From: Chlorokybus atmophyticus
Taxonomy: Eukaryota; Plantae; Mesostigma and Chlorokybus algae
Direction: 5' to 3'
NCBI GenBank assembly: GCA_009103225.1
Contig: RHPI01000638.1
Coordinates: 620,001 to 684,000, forward strand
DNA length: 64,000 nucleotides
In this document: positions 26,345 through 40,912 of the stretch, one piece after another
How the letters are laid out: every line of letters begins with the position of its first letter
How positions within the stretch are numbered: the stretch's first letter is position 1
Translations under genes and position numbers: made by a program
Notes under the pieces: model-generated
What the model was told of the DNA's origin: nothing
What the model saw: only the letters and a program-made list of their open reading frames with translations
The model's database searches: none

Positions 26345-26683
26345 TGTAACGGAGTGCTACTTCTATAGAGGTTCCCCGCCCTTATTTAGGATTAAATAAG
26401 GGTCCCAACGGGTATATACAGCCAATTAAGCCGTATTAGGGCCGTTAACCTAATGTTAAGGCCCTAATGTAGTGTTACTTAACTGTAACACTGATATCGA
26501 CATGAGACTCATGTCTCATGTCGATATCAGCTGTATGGCGGCACTGCTAACGCAGCAGCCGCCATAGCCACAGGATCTTCTGCTTCGGCAGTTGCCCCTG
26601 GCGGCGGCGGTGTGGTCGGCGTGGCTGGTGGTGGTGTTGGGGTAGGGGATTTAAGGGAGGAGGTAGCACCCCCTCTCCTTACA
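26345..26683 (+). repeat. 3' LTR of copy 1
   Basis: See 5' LTR; preceded by the PPT and followed by TSD gtctg. Confidence 0.95.
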
Positions 26684-26929
26684 GTCTGGGTCCCGCGGAC
26701 CAGGTAATCGTGGTCCGCGGGGCACGGACCATGTTCGCCCGCGTGGTCCGTGGAAGGACCATGCATGGTCCTTGAACGTCAAGCCAGAAGACGCCTTGAC
26801 GGTGGGAACATCGACTTCAAGCTCCGGAGGGCTTGTGCTAAGGTGTGTATTGTGCACATGCTCGTGTGTATGTGTGCATTGTTGTGACTGTTCACGTGAA
26901 CACCAAAGCCATTGTATGCGTTTTGTAGG

Positions 26930-29900
26930 TCATCATGTCTGCACCACAGCCCGCTATGCGTAGCAACATCACTCTTAAAGACAAGAAGCGCATCTTACAG
27001 TTGTATCATAAGTTGTGCAAGAACACCAACATTAGGCAAGCAGACTTCATGGCTAGTGTTAAATCCAAGTTGAAATTAAATAGTGCATTGTCTAAGTTGC
27101 TGACTAGCCGTAAAGATAGTTGAGACGCTAGCTCTGGGTGGTAATTTTCCTGCAAATCCCAAGCGCATGCCGCATGCGCCGCGGCGGCTTGCAGCACATC
27201 CTCAAATTAAGGATGCATTATATGCATGGTTTGTACAAGCTCGAGCTCGCAATGCCACCTTCACAGACATGATACCGATAGAGAAGGGCAAGGACTTTGC
27301 TAGCAAGTTGAACATAGAGGACTGTAATGCATCACACACATGATGCATAAAAGCCCTCTATGCATAATACGCGTGTAATGCATTGAAGCCCTCTATGTTC
27401 AAAGCCACCCATTCGGGTGGGTACCTCGGTTCAAGAGGCGTTATGGCATCTCTGCTAAGCCATTGAATGGGAAGCCAATGATGCAGATGACAAAAGAGTT
27501 GACATGGCCCAAGCTGACTTGCCAGAAATTCTTGAAGAGTACGGCGCTACCAACACCTTCAACCTGAATAAGAGCGGGTTTGTTCTACCGGGCTCATCCA
27601 CGCCGCACATTGGTTACTGCAAGTGACGAAGCGTGAGGGGGGAAGAGAGAGAATGATAAGTCCGCAATAGCACTCTTTGAAAATGCCAACGGCCCCGAGA
27701 AGTATCCCCTTATGCCAATTGGTACGTTTGAAAGACTTAAGTCTTTTGGGAGCACATGGACTCCCATCCGCATTGGTGTGGAGTATAAGAACAACAAGAA
27801 GGCTTTGATGAACGCTGAGGTAAGATGTTTGGCACTATTGCTAGTTGGCAAGTCTGTTAGTGTAAACTGCAAGTCCACATGTGTGATTGTAAGTTCATGT
27901 GTGATTAAGCGTTAACCTCAGCAGATCCTCGGTCATGGGCTGAGTCAGCCTAGCTTCTTAACTACGCCTTTTAGTTGAAGCTGCAGAAGCGCAATAAGTT
28001 GTTGTTGTTTGACAACTCTTCCACCCACGCTTGCAAGTACGGGGTCGCGGGCATGGAGAAAGGGTTCAAAACGCTGCAGGTAGACACTATAACGGAGTAC
28101 TACCTCCATAGAGGTTCCCCGCACTTATTTAGGATTCAATAAGGGTTCCAACGGGATTATACAGCCAATTAAGCCATACTGGGGCCATTAACCTAGTGTT
28201 AATAGCTTAATTTAGTGTTACGGTAAGTAACACTGATATCGCCATGAGACATGAGTGGCCATCCAAGCCCCGCGGCCATTTAAGCCTCTCCCTGAACCAT
28301 TGCATGCAAGCATACAACATAGTGATCATATATTAATTGTTATATTGTGTATTGTGTGGGTTTTATATATTTTTACAATTCTCTTGGGGGCAGTTCGGTG
28401 GCAACATCGGCTGCCTCGTTACCGTCAGTGAGCGCGGTGAGGCCGCCAGAATTTTATGGGCGGCCAGTATCAAACTCCAGACTCAATGATATTGGCCTGT
28501 AAGGTTGATTCGACGAGATTTTGGCACCCCGTGTGTCAATTGTAATTGTGAGTGGAGCTGGGTTGTATAAAGTGAAAACTTTGAGCAGCCATAGCTCGTG
28601 AACCGTCGCGTGCATTTGCGTACGGTTTGTTCTAAAGTGATTGTCTAGTTAAGAGGTGTTTGGAGAGCTGTGTTTGAAAGCTGTATACTCTACATAAACC
28701 CCTCGAAACTTGACGAGACAAAAGCACGAAGATTTGCCACTTTTTGCAGTGCACAATCTGTGTATTGTGCACTTGCTAACGGCTATATCCTTGGGCAGAT
28801 GGCTGACCAAGGACAGGGAGGTGAGAAGTACTTCGCCGTCCTTGACTCATCGTTGTATGAGTCATCGAGTGATGACAAAGTGAGGAACTTGGACGAGTGC
28901 GAGCTACAAGCTCACCGAGAGTGACAAGGAGGAAGCTGAGCAGGATAGCGAAGCTTCTCCCAGCAGGTCCACTCAGAGTGGACCAGATGCAATAGACACA
29001 CAAAGTGTCATTGGCGGGGCTATAATAAAGTATGCCTCGGAGCGTAAGGCTCTACTTGACACCCACCCTTAGCCTTCTCAGGAAACGTGGGAGGCGTGGG
29101 CACAGAAGGTTCGGGATGGCTATAAAACGGATTTTGCCACACTTCCTCGTGCAAGGGAAATGGTGATCCGTATGCTCGAGCACGAGTTGACGAACAATGT
29201 TCCGCCACTTGTGCGTGGCGATCCCAAAGTGGCTGCTCTCATGGCTGTTTATGATAGGCCACTCCATACGAAGGGAAGCGAATGGCTTTTGAAGCCTTGG
29301 CCAACTTGGTGGTGGAAACCTCGCAGCATTGTAAGGATGTGTTTTGGTACTTGGGGCTCGACTTGGAGGACAAGTTTGCTGACCGAGTCAAGTTAACAAC
29401 ACGCCTTGATGCTATTCAATCTAAGTTGGTGGCGCTGCGCCAGCAGGTGGCGGGTGCTACTTCGGCAGCTTGTACGTCAGCGGGGCTGCGGGTTATAGCA
29501 TTGAACAATTCTGAGAAGTTCAAGCCCAACGGCAGCGTTAGCATCCACGCATAGGTGGTAACTGTTAAGCACTATGATAGCATTAAGACGCCCAATTGGT
29601 GAGCACATTGCAACTGCTGAGTTGCTTATGCCGTCTGACGCACTCGCCGAAAGGGCGAGACAGACAGATAATGGTGCTAAAAAGACAGTAGAAGCATTGT
29701 ATCAGTTTCTGGTGGAACGCTACGGTGGCATAGACCCGGCTATTTTGGCAAGCTGTGACAGAATGGTCATGGTCAATGGGCAGCTTCAGTGTATCTGCAG
29801 GAGTTTCAGGCATTGGTGGGTCGCGCCAACAGTGGCCTGATGCCTATGGACAAGGCTAAGCAGTTTGAGTTGTACAAGCGCGGCTTAGATGCGCGTGTGC

Positions 29901-32900
29901 GCGATCAGCAGCAATACAACACGGCAACGGGACTGCCTTGGGCTCCTGCCGACTTGGCCACATTGCAGAAGCTGAGTGCATACATGTATAATGACGACAT
30001 GGCGACGCAGGAAACATCACATGCAGCAGCAGTGGCCAAACCTTGGGAAGTGGGAGGCAAGTGATACCATCAGCCGAGTGTACACGCGACAAAGAAGCCG
30101 AAGACTTACACGCCCCCCACAGGTGCTACAGGTGGTGTCGCACTTGCTGCGGCTTGCAACTGTTTTATGTGCCGTCAGCCGGGCCACATTACCAAACAGC
30201 CCAAACAAGGCAAAGGGCAAGGCCAAGAAAGCTGAATAGAATTTTTCCGTGACTGATGTAAAATAGCTAATTGCTTGAGATGTAGGCAGTAGCTGGTTTG
30301 ATGATCTTACCCAAGTGCATGTAATGACACGCGCATGGCAAGCACATGACAAGCTGCCACTTTTTGGTATTGAAAAAGTGGAAATGTGCTGGTACATGTG
30401 AAGTTTAACATGCTTACTGATGTGTTGCATGCATTGAGTTGCAAAATAAGCACAAAACCTTCAGTATGATGGTGATGGTGCCAAAGTATCATGGCCAATG
30501 GTTGAAGCATACTCGGGGGGGGGGGGGTTACTGTGTTACAACAATTCAACAAGCGTGAAGCATTGATAGTACGATTGTCAGCAATTTTGATCAACCCCCG
30601 CATTACTCACGGACTCTGGACGACCTTTTAAGGACGAGTGGTACCTTTGTTGTGGACATTCGGTGGCACAATGCAGGGTGTAAATAGTTCGTTCTTGGTT
30701 GACACTGGTGTGACACACATCTTCGTTGAGGAACAATGGGTTGTTTGCAATAAAATAATGTGCAAACCCTCAGCATTTTCAGCTGCCAGTGCTGGGGGTG
30801 CGTTGCCAATAAGAGGAGAAATCAAAATGAAAATAAAGTTTGGTAGTTATCATGCCACTTTCACTTTTATAGTTGGTGTTGATGTGGTGCTAGGACAAAA
30901 ATGGCAGGATAATGTTAAAATAATATTGGATACTAGTGCACAATTGTGCACAGTGAAGAAGGGCCGTAAGCGTGTAACGCTGTCTGTGATAGGGTCACAT
31001 AGCTTGGAACATAAGCAAACTCACCCCGTGCTTCTCATTGCACTGCAAGTGAAGCGTGCATTCCGTAAAAACACACCAGCTTTTCTGGTGCACTTAACGT
31101 CGTCTGACAACTTTGTGCCATGCAGTAAGGTGTTGCAAACATCATTAAGAAGTATCGATACATATTCTTAGATGAATTGCCAGGCTTACCCCCTGATCGA
31201 GGTGTCGGACACGCAATACCGTTGATTCTTGATGGGAGATTGCGCATGTGTTTGGATTATCGTGCTTTGCAACAAGATTACTATAAAAAATCGATATCCG
31301 TTACCGCGGATTAATGATGTGTTTTATAAGCTGTCGGGTAATGCATATTTCAGTTGGCTGGAGTTAACATATGGGTATTATCAACTCCGTAGTCACCCTT
31401 CTGATGTCCACAAAACGGCATTCAAACCACCCTTAGGTCATTGTCAATACAAAGTATTACCCATTGGATTGACATGCACCTGCGGTGTTTCAGAAGGAAA
31501 TGAAGAAAAATTTTGGTAACATGCTTGGAATGCATGTTATGGTTTACTTGGATGACATTATTGTCTTTAGTTAAACAAAAGAAGAGCACAGAAGGCATCC
31601 GTAAGCAATGTTGGCTTCACTGCAAATACACCGCTTATTTTCCAACTTGTCAAAGTGTGTCGTTTGCAAGGCAGAGCTGCCATTCCTAAGGCATATTGTC
31701 AGTGGGGAGGGTGTCAAACCTGACCCTTGCAAAGTGCAAGTGGTTGAAGAATAGCCTCAACCCGAGAATATGCATTAGTTGCGATCATTCTTGGGGTTGG
31801 CAAACTATTTTCGCTAGTTTTTATGATGGGGTACTCTACAGTTGTGGTGCCTTTAACTAAATTGTTGCAAAAGGATGCCCCATTCTCTGGACAGCAGCAC
31901 AAGAAGCTGCTACGCAACAAGTGAAGTTGGCCTTGACCTCGGCACCAGTGTTGGCATTGCCAAGTTGGGATAAACACTTCACTGTGGTGAGCGATGCCTC
32001 CACCCTTGATAGTGGTGCAGTCTTGCAGAATGGCAGACCATGTGCTTATGAGGGTAGGAACTTCATTCCAGCAGAGGTGAACTACACTACCACTGAGCAA
32101 GAAATGCTTGGTATAATGTATGCTCTTAAAATATGGCGACGTCACTTAGAGGGAGTTCAGTTCACAGTGGTGACTGATCACAACCCATTGGTGTACTTCT
32201 TAACAGCTGAACTTGTCACGTAGGCAAGCTCGCTGGATCATCCAATGATTGAGTTTCTGTCGCAATGTACTTTTGCATGGGTATATCGGCTTGGTAGGAC
32301 CCATGTGGCAGATCCTCTAAGTCGCTGTCCGTCATTGTTGGCAGCTATGCGTGCGCAATTGCTTGCGACGCATGGTACATTGGCCCCCTAAAGATGAGTT
32401 TGTGCAAGCTGTTTTACATGGGTATGCCTCAGACTCATAGTTCTCGAGGGAAGAGAATGTACAAAAGCTTGACACAAAAGACAACTTGTATAACATGAGC
32501 GCCAGCTTGGTGATATCTAACCATGCTAGGCTGCGCATAAAATGCATAATAGATGTATACAATCCACCGTACGTTGGGCACTTTGAGAATCGTTAAACTA
32601 TTAAAGCAGCGCAACATCTATGGTGGCCATCATTGCCTGTTGACGTAAAGCATTATGTTGACACGTGTAACAAATGTCAACGTGATAAGCCGTTACGTCA
32701 GAAATCCACTGGGTTGCTGCAAACTTTGCCTATTCCTAATGGCAAATGGGAAAGTGTGAGTATAAACCTTGTTACTAAGCTCTCAGGGACAGCAGTAGGT
32801 CACACTGCGCTTGCAGTTTTTGTGGACCGTGTAACAAAAATGGTTCACATTGTCCCTTGTCGCACGAAGATAGGCTCCCCCCGTGAGTCAGGCCTAGTTT

Positions 32901-35222
32901 TTGTGGCGTCTGTGTTTAAGTTGCATGGCTTGCCTCGCAACTTTGTATCTGATCGCGATCTGCGCTTTGTAGCTCAGTTTTAAAAGTCGCTTTTGTTGAA
33001 TGTGCAAGAAGTCGCTATGCTTCTTGCACATTCAACAAAACATGAGCACAGCTTATCATCCGCAGTCAGATGTTTAGACAGAGCGTGCCAATCAAGTGAT
33101 TGAGGAAACCATCCGGCATTATGTGAATCCATACCAGCATGATTGGGATATCTATCTCCCAATCGCTGAGTTCGCAAGTAACAATGCCTGGCAAGAGAGT
33201 GTGCAAGAAACTCCGATTTTTTTTTATTACGCAGTGCGTCCATTAAGTTTTGCGAACATCAAGTTGCCCGCTACTGGCGTAACTCGCGTGCCTGCAGCGC
33301 GCGAGATGGCTTTGGCCATGCAGCATAGGTTAGCATTGGTAAAAGAGCGCAGCGCAAGACAGTTAAAAAGCCCACGCTGATGCACATCGTAGAGAGGCCT
33401 ACTATGACGTGGGCTGTTCAGTGCTTTTAAGCACCAAAAACATATCCATCAAGGGAGTGGGTACTCGCAAGTTCTTCCCTTGCTGGACATGCCCTTTTAA
33501 CGTGAGTGATTGGGTCGGCACTCGCGCGTATTGTTTGGACTTGCCAAAGTCGATACGCATTCACAATGTGTTTCATGTGAGTGTACTAGAACCGTACCGT
33601 TCTGACGGTCGGGTCAACCTCCTCTACCCCCCGTTGTAGTGGATGGCGACGATACTTTTATGTATAAGGTGGAAGTAATCCTAAGTCACCGTAAGCCTCG
33701 ACGCGGACGCGCGCCGTCATTTTTGGTACAATGAAAAAGGTAGGGTGTTGAGCACAATACAAAGGGGCCCGAAAGGAATCTTACCAACTACCAGGAGATT
33801 CTTCAGGGGTACTGGATTACTGTGTCCACACGCAAACGGTAAATTGGTGATGGCAGTCAGCTTTACCGCTTCGGCCCTGGTTCTCTCACAACTATTTCGT
33901 TTCTTTACTCACTGTGGGGCTTTGCAAACCCTTCAATGAGGACATCAAAACCAAAGTGGGGGGGAATGTAACGGAGTGCTACCTTATAGAGGTTCCGCAC
34001 CCTTAACTAAGACTAAATAAGGGTCCCAACAGGCTTATACAGCCAACTAAGCCATATTAGGGCCATTAACCTAATGTTAATGACCTAATGTAGTGTTAAG
34101 ATAAGTAACATTGCTATTGACATGAGAGATGAGTCTCATGTCGATATTGGCCGCATGGCGGCGCTGCTAACCCAGCGACCGCCACAGCCAGAGGATCTTT
34201 TTGCTCTGGCAGCTGCCACAGCAGCGGCGGCGGCGGTGGCGGCGGCGTGGCTGGTGGTGGTGTTGGGGTAGGGGATTCGAGGGAGGAGGGGCACTCCCCC
34301 CTAACATACACCGTAAAGTGTCTGTTCCTGCCTCTCAACACAACCACCAAGGTTCAACCTCTTGACGCAAGCATTATTGCTGCGTTCAGGCCAGGTATGC
34401 TGCTGCGTTGCTCTGGTTACAAACTAAGTTTGACCCACCCCCGACCCCCAGTGTTCGTCAAAGTTTGTAATGCTTTTTCACTTTGTTCATGGCAGGTACA
34501 AGCGCAAGCTTGTTGCGTACTTGCTACAGCAATATAATGCCGACCCAACAACCGACTTGCGCACGGTGAAAGTGCAGTTGACGGAGGCAATCATATGATG
34601 TCGCGAGGCGTATGAGGAGCTCATCGCAATCACCATCTCGAATTGCGGGAGGAAGAGCGGTATTACCCCTTTTGCTTGGCATGCGCCCACTCCCAACTCT
34701 GACGCACGCGAGTAGGCTATTGTGCAGGAGATCGAGGACATCATGCAGCGTCTTCCCATTCCACGTGCAGAGATGCTCTGCCCAGCTAAGTTCGTTCACG
34801 TCGATAACACCCTCCCAACCGAAGCCGGGCAGAGCGATGAGGGGGCCGCTGCTGAGCCTGATGAAGCTGAAGGTGAGGGATCTCTTTGCAATATGTGTGT
34901 TTGTATGTGTATCAATGGGCACTTACAATGCATTGAGTTGTAGATGATGATAATGAGGAGGAATCACCCCCACGCATCACAGTGGCAGATTGCATGAGGT
35001 TCTTTGATGGTGTGAAGGCTTTCATCGCCACCAATGACTGCCCCATCTTAGAGCATCATCAGCTCACCTTACGTCAGCTGCGCGACGTGGTCATGAAGCA
35101 TCATTTGTTTGATACTGGCCATAAGATCACCATACATGACTGTTTCACTGCGGGTGCTTCTGGACATGATGCTAGCACCAGTGGCACTGGTGGCACAGTC
35201 GATGAGCCATTTGAGTTAGAGT
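26930..35222 (+). mobile_element. Degenerate pogo/Tigger (CENP-B/DDE_1) transposase gene interrupted by LTR copy 2
   Basis: N-terminal RSNITLKDKKRIL (HTH), ALYAWFVQARAR, NTFNLN.SG..YRAHPRRTLV, YKNNKKALMNAE before the insertion. After it: VKCLFLPLNTTTKVQPLDASIIAAFR|YKRKLV...TISNCGRKSGI...ITIHDCF. Stops and frameshifts present; TIRs not found. Confidence 0.82.
28088..34306 (+). mobile_element. Ty3/Gypsy chromovirus, copy 2 (older, degenerate; retains the gag core)
   Basis: 5' LTR starts tataacggag (28088) and breaks off at ~28256. 3' LTR 33967-34306. PPT aagtgggggggaa-type tract. Degenerate TSD gacac/tacac. Gag core YLQEF..YKRGL and CFMCRQPGH knuckle at 30161. Pol has many stops and frameshifts. 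Confidence 0.93.
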
Positions 35223-36961
35223 AACCTGCATACCATGCATGCACGAGTGCAGTGTGCAATGCTTGTGGTGGTGGTGATGGCCTCACAGATGCATGCTGCT
35301 TGCTCTAGCACACATATGCAAATGCAGTAACTTACGACTTGAAATGTAAGTGTATTGGGCCAATAATGTCAACGCACTACTGTTTGAACCATATCAGTCA
35401 CAAAATTAGCAATCTGCCAAGTTTATGGAGGTTGCTGTTTAAGTGTGTTACATTGCATGTATTATATTGTATTACATCGTATTACATTGCATTCATACAT
35501 GAACATGTAGCAGGACTGCACCTCGAGATAGCATTTTGTAACATGAAACACTATTTTAATGTTACATTTGTCGAAAAATTGTAGCATTGTACAAAGTCAA
35601 GTTCGATGTATGATGTTACATGTGTAAGAAACCATCAACCATCACGTTGTGAATATAGTTTTTACGTTAACACATACATGTGTGAGCTTGTCATAGACAT
35701 GCATATTAGTTTTTGAATATGTATGCACATGAACAGCAAAGTATCGTCATATTGACCTTACAATGCATGGGAAATACTAATTTTCATTGTGAAGATGTGC
35801 ATAGGTTAATGTTAACATTATGTTAAGTTGTACATTAACACGGTACAATAAGTTGTACCTTCATGTGCAAAACTTACAACACTGCATCATATGGTCCGTA
35901 TGGCAAAATTTTGGCGTGTCATCTATTGCTTGTATTCACATGTGTACAATGATCACCCCAGTTGACATGGCATTTTGTAGCATACCATACTCATGCTTGC
36001 GACTTAAGTTGAGATATTCTTGCTCTCTCTCTGCACTCTGCAGGTTGTTCACTGGTGATCGCCCGCCCGCTGCTTGCTCCTGTTGCTGTTTAAGGGGTCA
36101 GTGCTAGTAATCTTAGATGTGTTGTCTTAGCTAAGTAGTCAGCTTTGCCTTGGCCCCTGTGCAAAGCTGGTCCGTCTCTTAGCTTGCTTGCACTCTGCAT
36201 GTCTACTTGCTGTGGCCCCTCTGCAAGCTTTAGGTTTGCTTTATAATTTACCACAACTTGATTGTTATGTGTATGAATAAATAGTGATACACATAACCAA
36301 CAGCAAAGTTGCGTCATTCATGCCCACGTGTACATGTTATAAGCATGAGTTGGCAAACCGGTGAACATGTATAAAACATCATTTGATGTTGTTAATAATA
36401 CATTACGCTACCAAAACTGGGGGCCTTTTCAATTTACCCAATACGCTATCATGCACCTAGTAAGGTTTTGATTTCATTATGCAATCATGCGGTTTCTCAT
36501 CCATGCTCACACACACTTGTAGCACAATGACGATATCGATTATGCTGCCACACTCGTGATTACAAACCTGGATAAATGGATCGCTTTGCATTTGCTAGGG
36601 TGAAAAATAACACATGACGCATGCCCCAGCTACTGAGATTCCACACCGTCACGCACAAATCACAGTAACAGCAGCAACTATTATCCAAGACAATACGTAA
36701 CTTTAACTACAGATGCTTCGCAACATACTACGCAAGTGTTACTTGAGCACGCAAATCATTGGGCGCGGTCGATGCAATGCGCTTATTAGACAACAACCAC
36801 AAACAACGTCCTAATATAGGACACTCCATGCAATACAACTACGAGGCACTACACCACCGGGCTAAGTGATGTTAGAATTGCTGTACAGGGTATAGACATA
36901 CAGGGTTCATCTGCCAACGCTGTGCCAATATCAGTGCCGGTAGACAATAGCTCTTCTCCTG

Positions 36962-39270
<2,309 letters not shown>

Positions 39271-40912
39271 CCACCTTGGCTTCCAAAGCCCAAGCTTTCA
39301 CGGGCATCCTCCCTCGACTCGCCTGGAGAAAACCATTCACAATTCTCAGCTTGCTTCTCCTGGAGGCACCAACAACTGCATTTTCTCTATTACTGGTCAC
39401 TGTCCTATACAACTACCCAAAAGGACACATAATGATGTGAACAGCCATGAGCAATACTGAATGCTCCACACACAGAAGCTGTTGCTAACGCTTAGTCGCA
39501 GCTGGTGCTCACCGTTGCCCATGTCTGCCAACAACTGCAGAAACGCCTGCTGGCTGCCTGCTCGAAACTGGCCAAAGGCAGAGGCGTCAGCAAGCGTCAG
39601 TAAAATAGCAATTCTGACGCAAGGCTGCAACAAAACAACCTGTGATAAGGTTTGTGGAATTGTTCAACCGCGCAAATGCACTGCAATGCAGTCACGCTCA
39701 CATTGCACAACGGGTAGATGACATTGGTGCAAAGAGGCAAGGCAACGAAACAACCTGTGGTGAAGGTTGGCGGCATTATTTGTGTAGTTGTAGTTGCCAT
39801 GCAATCACGCTCACAATGCACAATGGGTGGATGACACTGCTGCAACCAGTTTCTAATCGCTCAGCTGTTATGCAATAAAAACAGCATAGCTTAGATTGCT
39901 CTGCCAATTCCACCACGGACATCACAGTCAGCAAGGGTAAGAGCTTGCGGCCCTGCTTGATGCCTTCCGTTTATTCAATTAATGTATGTGTGAATTGTTG
40001 ACAGCCTTCATTACCCTGCTATTGCGATGCGTACCACACTGCAACATTTCACAATTCGTTGCAATCGGCCTGGTGTGGACCTTGAAAACACGCCAATCGA
40101 GCAAGACAGTTCCGCATTTACAGGCCCAGTTGAAGAACATGAACCATTCCTTGCACGCCTGAACAACGATTACTCACCTCTAGGAATTGCCAGGCAATGG
40201 CAGGCAGCACCAGCCCAGCCCTAGGGTGCAGAGGAACTCAGGCTTGCGGCAGCAAGCATCGACAGCGCCCGAACATGCCCAATTGAGGCCCCAACACAGA
40301 TCCTAGCCTGGGAGCACCAGCAGCTTGGTAAGCAGGCTCGGCCTGCCAGTCAACACTTGCTCTCGGCCTTAGGCAAGGCGCCGCCTCCCAGCCTGCTGCT
40401 CCTCTCCCAACCAAACAACCAGCAAATGGCCCAGCTGGGACGCTCCTGCCCTGTCCCGTCCTGGGCTGGGCTGCTTCTTCGTTTTTGTCCGCCTGCCCTC
40501 TATGCCTCCTAAACGCCGCGCAAAAGCGTCATCACATGGTGTCAACCCTCGGCCCGATATCCTCCGTTCTCAAACTCACTTTCAACCCATCACTATTCGA
40601 GCCACTGAATATCTTGAGAACGGGAAGATGTCGCGGTTGTCCGCGGGTGATTAGCGCGAAATTGGACGGTGAGAGTGGCGCCGAGGTCGCTACCTGCCGT
40701 GCCAAAGCCGCATACCGTTGGATTGCAGCACAGACCGCGGGCCGCGGGGGCTGTCGTTGGGAGGCCGGTTTAGGCCTACGCCTGTCCCTAGTTTCCAAGC
40801 TGCAAATATCAACGCAAATAATGCGACCACGTCGCCTTGTGCCACGTCGGCTGGGGACGCAGGGCCCAGCCGAAGCTGACAGTGTGCAAACTCCGGAAGT
40901 TGTACAGAGGTA

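Larger units (their letters stand above)
21142..26683 (+). mobile_element. Ty3/Gypsy chromovirus, copy 1 (young, gag internally deleted)
   Basis: 339-bp TG...CA LTRs (21142-21480, 26345-26683; 13 differences by my count). Perfect 5-bp TSD gtctg (21137-21141 / 26684-26688). PBS tggtatcggagc at 21482 (iMet-like). PPT aagtggggggaa-type tract before the 3' LTR. Domain order PR-RT-RH-IN-chromo. Confidence 0.97.
20709..26785. mobile_element. Non-autonomous TIR element (MITE-like, about 530 bp of own sequence) split by LTR retrotransposon copy 1
   Basis: 30-bp TIRs: ggcctgacgttcaaggaccatgaatggtcc (20709) versus the reverse complement of 26756-26785 (28/30 match). 19 GGWCC motifs inside. No TSD recognised, so the superfamily is unassigned. 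Confidence 0.72.
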
